The notes beneath the pieces were generated by a model. The model was not told the origin of the DNA and did not search any database. It was given only the letters and a program-made list of their open reading frames with translations. Below, in pieces: positions 49,885 through 58,908 of a DNA stretch of 64,000 nt (the stretch's first letter is position 1; each line of letters starts with the position of its first letter). The position numbers and the translations under genes are program-made. The stretch spans positions 32,001-96,000 of the forward strand of contig CAXXTC010000005.1 of NCBI GenBank assembly GCA_963666925.2. Direction: 5' to 3'. This stretch comes from Phycisphaerae bacterium. GTDB taxonomy: Bacteria; Planctomycetota; Phycisphaerae; UBA1845; Fen-1342.

Positions 49885-51438
49885 TCACGTCAGGTAGCGC
49901 TGTTCGCTGAGGCGCATCTCGGTTTCTCGCGGGTCCATCTGGGCCCATTGCAGGGCCACGACGGCGACCTGCATCCAAACCAGCGCTGCCAGCAGCAGCG
50001 CGACGCGACGCTGGGGAGCACGCAGCGGTGCCAATTGCAGCATGAACCCCAGCAGCAGGAAGGGCGCAAAGGGGATCCACAGCCGCGGGGTTTCGAGATT
50101 GGTGAAACCCGCCGTGGCGAGCATGACCAGCGCGGTGAGCAGCAACAGGTAGCGGCCGAAACGTGCGTCGCGGTCGGCGGCGTGCGGCAGGCCATCTGGC
50201 GCACCGATGTTGAACAGGCCAACGGTCCACAACGCCGGCCCGGCAAAGAGCGCGAACAGCGGCAGGCCGAGCAGTTGCCAGGCGAGCGGCATGGCGTCCG
50301 GGCCGCGAGTGACGGTGCCCTGGGCGTGGGCGACGGCCAGGAGCGTAGCCGGCAGGTTGAAATCGCAGCAGAGCCACAACAGCAGGACGGTCGCGACGCT
50401 GGCCAGCGTCGCGGGCAGCAACGTGCGGAACAGCCAGCGGCGTGGGCCGCCGGATTCGCGCCGGGCGTCGAGCAGCGTCGCGCCGAGCAGGATCAGCGCG
50501 ATCCAGATGTGCACGAGGCTGGCGACGGTGGCGAGGGTCGCCAATGCGCCGGCGATTAGAGCGCAGACGATGGATCGGCGGCGCCAGGCTAGCAGCCAGC
50601 ACAGGGCCGGCAGTGCGACGGAGAGCAATTGGGCCGGATCTTTGCCGGGCACGAACAACAGCGTCATCGGGTTGAAGACGCAGCAAAGTGCGAAACAGGC
50701 GGCACTGGCCGGCGTTAGCAGCAGACGTGCCAGGGCGTAGAGCGCCGCCCCACTGAGCAGCCACAGGGCGATCAGCACCATGAAGAACGCCAGCCCGGTG
50801 GTGGTCCAGCGCAACAGGTGTTGCGTGGGGGTGGCCTCGCGGAAGTCCTGCGCGAGCCACGCGACCAGGTGCGGTCGGTGTTGTGCGACGCGGTCGACCG
50901 CGACGGCCAGCAACGTCGCGCCGGGCGGGTTGCTGATGACGCGTGTGCCGCGGAGTTCGGCGGGTGACGAGGCGGCCCGCTGGGGGAAGTTGTGCAGGTA
51001 ATCGCGGACGGAGGTGATGTCGACGGCCTCCTTGACGAACGCGCCGTCGTGCGATGGTGAATGCGTGTTGAACACGTGCTGATTGACGTGATAGGGCGGG
51101 GCGTACCAGGACCACATGCCCAGAGTGATGCCGGGGATAATGAGCAGCGCGAGGCCGGTGAGTCGGCGGGCGATCCGCTGGCCAGCCAGGAACCAGATTG
51201 AGAGCGCCAGTGCGCCGCCGATCGGCAGTGCCACCAGGGCACTCTGCAATCGCCAGCCGACGACGGGCGAGTAGAGGTAGACGAATCGGCCCGGGCAGCC
51301 GAGCGGGATATTCAGACGGCGCAGGATAATCGTCGCGACCAACGGCACGACGGCGGCGATGATGAGCAGGTACCACGGGCGGTGGTCGGGCGCGCGACCG
51401 AGCTGGCGGGCGGCGTGTTGGGCCGGTTCACGTTTCAT
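49885..51438 (-). CDS. Polytopic membrane protein, probable GT-C-fold glycosyltransferase
   Basis: Many TM segments; extracytoplasmic loop with SNPPG; FVPGKDP; ETPRLWIPF. Confidence 0.55.
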   Translation of the reverse strand: MKREPAQHAARQLGRAPDHRPWYLLIIAAVVPLVATIILRRLNIPLGCPGRFVYLYSPVVGWRLQSALVALPIGGALALSIWFLAGQRIARRLTGLALLIIPGITLGMWSWYAPPYHVNQHVFNTHSPSHDGAFVKEAVDITSVRDYLHNFPQRAASSPAELRGTRVISNPPGATLLAVAVDRVAQHRPHLVAWLAQDFREATPTQHLLRWTTTGLAFFMVLIALWLLSGAALYALARLLLTPASAACFALCCVFNPMTLLFVPGKDPAQLLSVALPALCWLLAWRRRSIVCALIAGALATLATVASLVHIWIALILLGATLLDARRESGGPRRWLFRTLLPATLASVATVLLLWLCCDFNLPATLLAVAHAQGTVTRGPDAMPLAWQLLGLPLFALFAGPALWTVGLFNIGAPDGLPHAADRDARFGRYLLLLTALVMLATAGFTNLETPRLWIPFAPFLLLGFMLQLAPLRAPQRRVALLLAALVWMQVAVVALQWAQMDPRETEMRLSEQRYLT

Positions 51439-53344
51439 CGTCGGCCTCTGGCGCCAGGGCGTTGATGCGCTGCCAGATCAGATCGCTGAGGTCGCGGGCG
51501 GTCTGCTTGTCACGTTCGCGGCCACGATAGTCTGACATGTGTATGGGTTGACCATAGCGGACCCGGGCGTTGTGGCGCATGAAATAGGCCCGGAAGGGGT
51601 TGTAGGCGTAACGGGTGCCGCTGATGTGACAGGGCACGACGGTGGCGCCGCTGCGTAGCGCGAGCACGCTGACGCCGACCTTGGCGTCGGGCTCCGGCTC
51701 GCTGTTGGCATCGACGTAAGTTCCCTGGGGGAAGATCCCCAGGCAGCCGTCGCGGCGGAGCAGCCGCAGCGACTGTTCGAGGAATGATTTGCCCGGGCGG
51801 TCGCGATTGATCGGGATGCAATCCGCCTGTCGCATGAACCAGCCGGCCAGCGGGCGGTGGTAGTATTTCTGCTCGACGACAAAGCTGATCGGGCGGGTGG
51901 TGGTCACAAGAATCAGCAGCGGATCGATGCCGGCGGTGTGATTGGCGGCGAGGATGACGGGCCCCTCGCGGGGAATGGTGCAGGGCCCGACGCGCCGGAC
52001 GCGGGCGAGCAGCCGAATGTAGAGCGTGGAGATCTGATACAGCAACCAGAGCAGCGGTCCGACGGGCTGGGCGCGGGTGTAGGTGCGCCAGGCGAACCAC
52101 GCGGTGGCGAGCATGCAAACGCCGACGACTGTCAGCAGTGTGGGGATGTAGCGGTCGAGGTGCGGGATGTGTGACAGGCCAAGCAATCCGGTGGCGCCGG
52201 CGATGGCGGCCATGGTGCACATATCGGAGACGCCGAAGACGCGTCCGCGGCGCGCGTCGGGAACGAAGCGTTGGACGACGACCATGACGGTGACGAGGAT
52301 GCCGGCTCCGTGCACGCCGATCATCAGCAGGCACAGTCCGGTAAAGATGCGTCCGAGCTTGAAAACGACGGCTGCGTCGAGAAGGAAGATCCAGCAGGCG
52401 CCGCCGGTGACTGAGGCGAGCACGGCCAGCGGGATCGGCAGGGCCGACCCGACGAGCGTGAGAAGTGCGGCGCCGACGGCCAGGCCGGCGGCGATGAGGC
52501 CGCGATACATGCCAGCGTCGGTGAACTGGCCGGCGAAAACGTCGCGTACGATGGCGGGTACGACCGAGATGACCACGCCGGCCGACGCCCAGAACACCAC
52601 GCCCAGCATGATGATCTGCAATACCCGGCGGTGGTTCCAGACGTAAGCGAAGCCCTCGCGCAGCGGCGTCAGCACGCCGGGAGTGATCGTGTGTCGAACC
52701 GCGCGTGAGCGGGACATGAGGATGCCGGCGAGCAGCGCGGCGCTGACCAGGAACGTGAGCGCGTCGAGGCGGTAGTTCCAATAGAGCTCGAAATGGCCGG
52801 CCAGCGCCCGGTCGACCAGCAGCCCGCCGACGATGGCGCTGAGGATGGCACCGATAGTGCCGAGGGCGCTGATCATGGCATTGGCGCGGACGAGCTGATC
52901 GGGGCGGATCAGCGTGGGGATCATGGCCTGACGAGCAGGTGAAAAGAAGGCAGCCAGGGCGCCGGTGGCGGCCAGCGGCAGGGCGACGGCGTAGTCGCCG
53001 AAGCCGAAGCCAGCCAACCAGGGCACGGTTATGCTCAGGCTGATCATTATGCCGGCGCGGAGGATGTCGGTGACGATCATGGTGGCCTGGCGGCTGAAGC
53101 GGTCGGCCCACCAGCCGGCGAGGGGCCCGAAGATGACGAAGGGCATGAAGAAGAAGAACGTCATCAGGGCCTGTACGCGGGTGATGTCGTCGCGCTCGAG
53201 CCCGCCGGCCTCCTGGAGCAGGGCCATCTCGCTGAGGTGGTCGCCGAAGGCGCTGACGCCGTAGGCCGCCCACAACAGGACAAAGTTGCGATTGAGGACC
53301 AACCAGCGGGGCAGGTGAGATTCGTTGGACGGGTTGGCGGACAT
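51428..53344 (-). CDS. MFS transporter fused to a PlsC-type acyltransferase (LplT/Aas-like)
   Basis: NRNFVLLW, GWWADRFSR, RGRVFG; ANHTAGID, IFPQGT. Confidence 0.88.
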   Translation of the reverse strand: MSANPSNESHLPRWLVLNRNFVLLWAAYGVSAFGDHLSEMALLQEAGGLERDDITRVQALMTFFFFMPFVIFGPLAGWWADRFSRQATMIVTDILRAGIMISLSITVPWLAGFGFGDYAVALPLAATGALAAFFSPARQAMIPTLIRPDQLVRANAMISALGTIGAILSAIVGGLLVDRALAGHFELYWNYRLDALTFLVSAALLAGILMSRSRAVRHTITPGVLTPLREGFAYVWNHRRVLQIIMLGVVFWASAGVVISVVPAIVRDVFAGQFTDAGMYRGLIAAGLAVGAALLTLVGSALPIPLAVLASVTGGACWIFLLDAAVVFKLGRIFTGLCLLMIGVHGAGILVTVMVVVQRFVPDARRGRVFGVSDMCTMAAIAGATGLLGLSHIPHLDRYIPTLLTVVGVCMLATAWFAWRTYTRAQPVGPLLWLLYQISTLYIRLLARVRRVGPCTIPREGPVILAANHTAGIDPLLILVTTTRPISFVVEQKYYHRPLAGWFMRQADCIPINRDRPGKSFLEQSLRLLRRDGCLGIFPQGTYVDANSEPEPDAKVGVSVLALRSGATVVPCHISGTRYAYNPFRAYFMRHNARVRYGQPIHMSDYRGRERDKQTARDLSDLIWQRINALAPEADDET

Positions 53345-53532
53345 ATTATCCCGGCAAATGCGCTGGAGCGCGGGGCACGGCACGGTTGCAGGAGATACGA
53401 CGATTGCTCGGCAGACTGTACGCAGCGGTCGGGCAGGCGTAAAGGCGGGCGGCTGCGACGGGTTGCCAGGCGCGCGGTACAATAGGGAGTGCGTGGAATT
53501 GAGCCGACGACCCCCAGCAACGGAGGAAAGCG

Positions 53533-54033
53533 ATGCTGATCCCGCAATGCCGGCTGTCACTGGTCGTGATGATCGGGGTGCTGGGCCTGGTGGTGGTGCT
53601 GAGCGGCTGTGAGGCGCGGTCAACCGATCGCGACCAGACGGTTCGCGACCAGCAGCCAACCACGGAGAAGCCGACAACCAAGCCGACAACGGAGCAACCC
53701 GCCGACCAGCTTGCTACAAGCCAGCCGGCGGACGAGGTCGAGGAGCGGGCGGAGCCGAAGCTGCCCGAATGGCTCACGGTCATGGACAAGTTCGACGATC
53801 AGCAGCCGGTGCGGGTGGACATATTGGCGGCGGCCGACCGGCGACTGGCGATCGACACGCACAACGTGCAGCGGCTGAAAATCGAGCGAGCCAACCTGCC
53901 TCTGGAAACCAACCGCAGCATATCGCTCCAACTCGACGGGCAGGGTCTTGAATGGCGCAGCGACTCAACCGTGACGATTTTCGAGCGGCTTCGGACCGGG
54001 GAATGGGTGCCGGTGAAGGCCGACGGCCGCTAG
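53533..54033 (+). CDS. Lipoprotein, hypothetical
   Basis: GGAGG RBS; lipobox LSGC; QPTT/TSQP linker. Confidence 0.75.
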   Translation: MLIPQCRLSLVVMIGVLGLVVVLSGCEARSTDRDQTVRDQQPTTEKPTTKPTTEQPADQLATSQPADEVEERAEPKLPEWLTVMDKFDDQQPVRVDILAAADRRLAIDTHNVQRLKIERANLPLETNRSISLQLDGQGLEWRSDSTVTIFERLRTGEWVPVKADGR

Positions 54034-54035
54034 GC

Positions 54036-54602
54036 ATGTCAGAATCGTCGCAGCGCTACGTGACACGCGGGGGTGAGAAGCTGGCGGCAGCGCTGGCGGC
54101 GTTCGGCCTGGACGTCGGCGGGCAAACTTGTCTGGACCTGGGCAGCCATGCCGGCGGGTTTGTCGATTGCCTGCTCCAGCACGGGGCGGCGAAGGTCTAT
54201 GCGGTCGATCCGGGGTATGGGATTCTCGATTATCGGCTGCGGCGTGATGCGCGGGTGGTGGTTTGCGAACGGACCAACGCGCTGGAATACCGGTGTCCGG
54301 AGCCGTGTGCGGCAATCACAATCGACGTGGGCTGGACGCCGCTGCGGCTGATCCTGCCGGCGGTGGGGCGCTCGCTGGCGGAGGGTGGCAGCGTCGTCGC
54401 GCTGGTCAAGCCCCAATACGAGGTACCGAAGGAGTGGCTGTGCGCCGGCGTGGTGCCGGGGGATCGCCTGGAAGAGGCGTTGGAGCTGGTCCTGGCGGAC
54501 GTAACGGAGCTGGGCTGGCAACGTGCCAAGCAGATCGAGAGCCCATTGCGCGGGCATGGCGGCAATACGGAATTCCTCTGGCTGCTGCGGCGTGGGACGT
54601 AG
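54036..54602 (+). CDS. TlyA/FtsJ-family SAM-dependent methyltransferase lacking the S4 domain
   Basis: YVTRGGEKL, LDLGSHAGGF, TIDV, LVKPQYE, GNTEF. Confidence 0.85.
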   Translation: MSESSQRYVTRGGEKLAAALAAFGLDVGGQTCLDLGSHAGGFVDCLLQHGAAKVYAVDPGYGILDYRLRRDARVVVCERTNALEYRCPEPCAAITIDVGWTPLRLILPAVGRSLAEGGSVVALVKPQYEVPKEWLCAGVVPGDRLEEALELVLADVTELGWQRAKQIESPLRGHGGNTEFLWLLRRGT

Positions 54603-54604
54603 AC

Positions 54605-54632
54605 GGCGGGCGAGACGCTTGTCCGTCGCCAC
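54605..54632. repeat. Partial REP-like element, family B
   Basis: GGCGGGCGAGACGC matches the family B unit at 15505-15574. Confidence 0.55.
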
Positions 54633-54709
54633 TGGAGAATGCACTGCTTGAAAGCAGCGGCACGGCGGCGCGCTCACCGGGGGTCACACTTCTGGTACAC
54701 TGTGCCGTC

Positions 54710-55876
54710 ATGCGCGGATCGCGTAACCAAAACCCGCTGCGCCGCATACTCGTGGTCATCCCGAACTGGGTGGGCGACGTGGTGGCGGCCACGCCCGTGC
54801 TGGCCGCCCTGCGCCAGAGGTTCGACTCGGCCCGGATCACATACCTGCTGCGACCCTATGTGGCCGACGTGGTCGACGGCGGCGGCTGGCACGATGACGT
54901 CGTCCATTGGCCGGCCGGCAAGGGCATCGAGCGCGAGCTGCGCACGTTACGGATGGCCAGCCGGCTCCGCGAGCAGCGTTTTGACCTAGCCCTGCTGCTG
55001 ACTAATTCGTTCCGGGCGGGGCTGGTTACCTGGCGGGCGGGAGCACGGCGCCGGGTCGGGTTCGCCCGCGACGGGCGGGGCTGGCTGCTCACCGATCGGC
55101 TGCATCATCCGCGGCGCGACGGCGCCTGGGTGCCGACGCCGGTGCTGGACAGCTACATCGAGTTGGCCGAGCAGGTCGACTGCCCCGTCGACGATCGCCG
55201 CCTGCGACTGGGCATCACGCAGCCCCAGCAGCGAGCCGGCGAACAACTGCTCAAACAATACGGGCTCGACGACGGAACGCTTTACGCGGTGATTAACCCC
55301 GGGGCGGCCTACGGCGCGGCCAAGTGCTGGCCGCCGGAGCGGTTTGCGGGGGTATGCGACCGTTTGCAGGAAGCCTACGACCTGCGCGTGGTGCTGGTGG
55401 GTGCGCCGCGCGAGTTGCCGCTGCTGCGGCAGATCGCGGAGCAGGCCCGCGGGCCGATAACGCTGTGCGACGATCCGACGACGACGCTCGGGTCGCTGAA
55501 GGTGGTCATGCAGCAGGCAGCGCTGCTGGTGTGCAACGACACCGGGCCGCGGCACTATGGCAACGCGTTCAATATTCCGACGGTGACGATCTTCGGGCCG
55601 ACGCATCAGCGCTGGACCGACACGGATTACACCGGGGAGATCAAGCTTCAGGTGCCGGTGGAATGCGGGCCGTGCCAGCGGCGGACCTGTCCGCTGGATT
55701 TGCGTTGCATGACCGGGCTGACGACGGATATGGTGATGGCCGCGGTGGAGCGTGTGTATCGCGAGACGAACGCGAACAGCGTCGATGGCGCGAACGGGGC
55801 AAATGACGCGTCCGGCGCGTTGGTGATGGCGAGTCGGGATCCGGTCCTGGCGACTGACACAGGCGGAACGAGCTAA
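54710..55876 (+). CDS. waaF: LPS heptosyltransferase II (GT9)
   Basis: PNWVGDVV, LTNSFR, NPGAAYGAAKCWP, CNDTGPRH, IFGPT. Confidence 0.9.
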   Translation: MRGSRNQNPLRRILVVIPNWVGDVVAATPVLAALRQRFDSARITYLLRPYVADVVDGGGWHDDVVHWPAGKGIERELRTLRMASRLREQRFDLALLLTNSFRAGLVTWRAGARRRVGFARDGRGWLLTDRLHHPRRDGAWVPTPVLDSYIELAEQVDCPVDDRRLRLGITQPQQRAGEQLLKQYGLDDGTLYAVINPGAAYGAAKCWPPERFAGVCDRLQEAYDLRVVLVGAPRELPLLRQIAEQARGPITLCDDPTTTLGSLKVVMQQAALLVCNDTGPRHYGNAFNIPTVTIFGPTHQRWTDTDYTGEIKLQVPVECGPCQRRTCPLDLRCMTGLTTDMVMAAVERVYRETNANSVDGANGANDASGALVMASRDPVLATDTGGTS

Positions 55877-55880
55877 AGGA

Positions 55881-56804
55881 ATGCTGGAAGTGAACCACAT
55901 GCGCAGTGATCCGGCCTATCGCGAGCGGCTTGCCGCCTGCGGGCTGGACACGGTGCGGGGAGTGCTGGAGCGCGTGGAGGGGCGTGTGGCGGCCTGGAGC
56001 CGAACTACGGACACGCTGTACGTCTCCGGCCCGGGTGATACGCCGGGGTTTTACGTGAAGCGGCACTTTTTCCCGACGTGGATCAAGCGTTTGCGCGGGA
56101 CGTTCCGGGGAACATTTTTCGGGATGCAGCGCGGCCAGATCGAGTATGCGGGGTTGAACACGATGCGAGCGCTGGGTTTGCCGGCGGTGCGGCCGGTAGC
56201 CTATGGCGTGCGGCGTGCGCTGCATTTCGTGACGGCCTGTTTCCTGATTACGGAGGAGGTGCCGGAGGCGGAGAACCTAACCACGTTTGCCCAGGAGGTG
56301 GCGGCCGGCCGGCGACACCTGACGCGGACGCAGCGGCAGAAGCTGATTCAGGAACTGGCGACGCAGGTGGCGGCTGTGCACGCGACGGGGTTTGTGCACG
56401 GAAACCTGTTCTGGCGAAACGTGCTGGTGCGCGAGGGGCCGGCGGGCAAGCCGGAATTCTTCTTCCTGGACGTTCAACAGCCGCACTTCTGGCAGTGTTT
56501 CCGCGAGGCCTCGCCGATGTGGGTGCGTGACCTGGCACAGACGACCGTATCGTCGCTGCCGTTCACCGAACGGGCGGATCGATTGCGGTTTCTGAAGTGC
56601 TACCTGCGTTGCGCGCGGATGACGCCGAAAACGCAACAGCGTGCGGCGGAGATCGAACAACTGGCGCGTCAATGGCAGCGTCATGAGCAGCGCCGGATCC
56701 ACATGAACAGCCTGTTCGGTGCGTGGAATCGGCAATTGGTGTCCGAGCTGCCGGCGCGTGACGGGGCGGGGGTCTCCGTGGTGGAGGGAGGCTGGCAGGC
56801 GTGA
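55881..56804 (+). CDS. LPS kinase family (Kdo/WaaP/InaA) protein with an atypical catalytic loop
   Basis: FYVKR, LITEEV, HGNLFWRN, FLD, DRLRFLKCYL. Confidence 0.8.
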   Translation: MLEVNHMRSDPAYRERLAACGLDTVRGVLERVEGRVAAWSRTTDTLYVSGPGDTPGFYVKRHFFPTWIKRLRGTFRGTFFGMQRGQIEYAGLNTMRALGLPAVRPVAYGVRRALHFVTACFLITEEVPEAENLTTFAQEVAAGRRHLTRTQRQKLIQELATQVAAVHATGFVHGNLFWRNVLVREGPAGKPEFFFLDVQQPHFWQCFREASPMWVRDLAQTTVSSLPFTERADRLRFLKCYLRCARMTPKTQQRAAEIEQLARQWQRHEQRRIHMNSLFGAWNRQLVSELPARDGAGVSVVEGGWQA

Positions 56805-57652
56805 CGCGCCGGGCCGTAACGGCACCGGAGTGGCAGAAGCGCCTGGCTGCGGCGGGCCTGGACGATCCACTGATGCTGCTGGAGCGCAGCCCCGAGCATC
56901 TGCCGGGCCGGTGGGAAGCACTGGTCAAGCCCGGGCTGGGCGGTCGCGAGCGCTGGCGCTGGGAGTTGCCGGGCGACCCGCCAACCGTGTTATACGTGAA
57001 ACGCTACCTGCACACGCCGCCCCGGGAGCAATTCGACCGGATGTGGCGCCAAGGCCGCCGATGCAGCCGGGCGTGGTGGGAATGGCTCCAGTCGCAGCGG
57101 CTCAGCGAGAAACACCTCAGCGTTGTGCGGACAGTGGCGTGCGCGGAGCAGATGCGCGGCTGGCGCGAAGTGTACAGTGCGGCTGTGTTCGAAGCGGTAC
57201 CGGGCGACGCTCTGGATCGGACGTGGACACGCTTATCACAGGACCGAGCCCCTGTCACGCAAGCGCCATTGCGGCACGCTGTCAATCGTCACCTGGCGCG
57301 CTACGTCTCGGCGCTGCACCAGTCTGGCACGTGCCATCGCGATCTGTACCTGTGCCATGTATTCGTCGAGCTTGACCCGAACGGTTCCCATCCGCCGCAA
57401 TTCACGCTGATCGACCTCGGTCGGACCCACCAGCCGCGTGCCCGACGCACGCGCTGGATCATCAAGGACCTATCACAGCTCGATTGTTCGGCCCGGCAGA
57501 TCGGCGCGACGCGGGCCGATCGGCTGCGGTTTCTGGCAGCGTATCTCAGCCTGCCGACCAAGCGTCCCCGGCTGCGCTGGTACGCCCGGCGCGTGGTGCG
57601 CAAGAGTGATCGCATCCTCAGACGCATCGCCCGCAAGAATGGCGCATCATGA
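56801..57652 (+). CDS. WaaP-like LPS core heptose kinase
   Basis: YVKRY, HRDLYLCH, LIDLGR, KDLSQL, DRLRFLAAYL. Confidence 0.85.
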   Translation: MTRRAVTAPEWQKRLAAAGLDDPLMLLERSPEHLPGRWEALVKPGLGGRERWRWELPGDPPTVLYVKRYLHTPPREQFDRMWRQGRRCSRAWWEWLQSQRLSEKHLSVVRTVACAEQMRGWREVYSAAVFEAVPGDALDRTWTRLSQDRAPVTQAPLRHAVNRHLARYVSALHQSGTCHRDLYLCHVFVELDPNGSHPPQFTLIDLGRTHQPRARRTRWIIKDLSQLDCSARQIGATRADRLRFLAAYLSLPTKRPRLRWYARRVVRKSDRILRRIARKNGAS

Positions 57653-58821
57653 AGATCACCATCGTGCAGGAGCAGGTCGACACCAGTCGCGGCGGCGCGG
57701 AGACGTCTACGGTCGAAATGGCCCGCCACCTGGCCGCGCTGGGGTTGAACGTGCACGTTGTCTGCCGGGCGGACAACAGCACGCCGTTCGTTGACCAGAA
57801 CGTGACCTTCCTGCCGATCGGCACGACGGGCCGCGGGCGGGCGCTGCAAACGTACCAGTTCATCCAGGGCGTGCATCGGCTCTGCCGCGTCGAGGATTTC
57901 GACATCGTCCACGCTGTCACGCCCTGTCTGTCGGCCACGGTCTATCAGCCGCGGGGGGGGACGTATGTGGAAACAGTGCGGCGGACGCTAGCGCGCGTCC
58001 GGCCGGCGCCGTGGCGCTGGGCGAAGGGGCTGGGCCGCCGATTTAACGTCCGACAGCGGTTCCTGGCACGCATCGAGCGTTTGCTGCTGACCAAGTATCA
58101 GCATCGCGTGTTCGTGGCGGCGCTCAGCGAATACGTTCGGCGGCAGGTGCTGGAGCAGTTTGATTTTCCGGCCGAGCAGACGCGCGTGGTGTTCAATGGC
58201 GTGGAGATTGCGCCGCCGGCGGAGGAACAGCGCGAGCGCTGGCGGGCGGAGTGTCGGCGGAGTGTGGGGTTGTCCGCCGAGCAGCCACTGTTGCTGTTCG
58301 TTGCGCACAATTTCAAGCTGAAAGGGCTGGCCGAGTTGCTGCGGGCGCTGGCATGCGCTGATCGAGAGGGCTATGGGCGCGAGTGGACACTGGTCGTCGC
58401 GGGCCGGGATGATACGGGCCCGCCGCGGCGTCTGGGTCAGCAATTGAAGCTCGAATCGCGTGTGCACTTCGTCGGGACCGACACGCCGGTGCAACATTGG
58501 TACGCAGCCGCCGACCTGCTGGCACATCCGACCTGGTACGATCCGTGCAGCCGAGTTGTGCTGGAGGCATTATCGGTCGGACTGCCAGTGGTGACGACGC
58601 GTTTGAACGGGGCGGCCGAAGTGATGCAGGTCGGCACGCACGGCGCGATCGTTGACGATCCGCGCGACGCGGGCACGCTCGCCGTAGCACTGCGGGAGGC
58701 GCTCGATCCAGGGGTTCGGGCGGCCTGTCAGGCGTCGGGCGAGTTGCGTCCGCGGCTGTCGATGGCGCGGCACGCCCAGGAGCTGTGCGGGTTTTACGAG
58801 GACATTCTGCACGGGGAATAA
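57649..58821 (+). CDS. GT4 glycosyltransferase (WaaG-like)
   Basis: GGAE, AHNFKLKGL, HPTWYDPCSRVVLEALSVGLPVVTT. Confidence 0.9.
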   Translation: MKITIVQEQVDTSRGGAETSTVEMARHLAALGLNVHVVCRADNSTPFVDQNVTFLPIGTTGRGRALQTYQFIQGVHRLCRVEDFDIVHAVTPCLSATVYQPRGGTYVETVRRTLARVRPAPWRWAKGLGRRFNVRQRFLARIERLLLTKYQHRVFVAALSEYVRRQVLEQFDFPAEQTRVVFNGVEIAPPAEEQRERWRAECRRSVGLSAEQPLLLFVAHNFKLKGLAELLRALACADREGYGREWTLVVAGRDDTGPPRRLGQQLKLESRVHFVGTDTPVQHWYAAADLLAHPTWYDPCSRVVLEALSVGLPVVTTRLNGAAEVMQVGTHGAIVDDPRDAGTLAVALREALDPGVRAACQASGELRPRLSMARHAQELCGFYEDILHGE

Positions 58822-58840
58822 GCGCTCTGTGCCAAAACCT

Positions 58841-58868
58841 CTGTGGCACCGGTTTGTAACCGGTGCTT
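58841..58868. repeat. REP-like element, family A, between convergent genes
   Basis: Identical to 19529-19556. Confidence 0.85.
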
Positions 58869-58908
58869 CGAACCGGCCCCGAAACGTTGACACGTCAAAA
58901 ACCACTGC

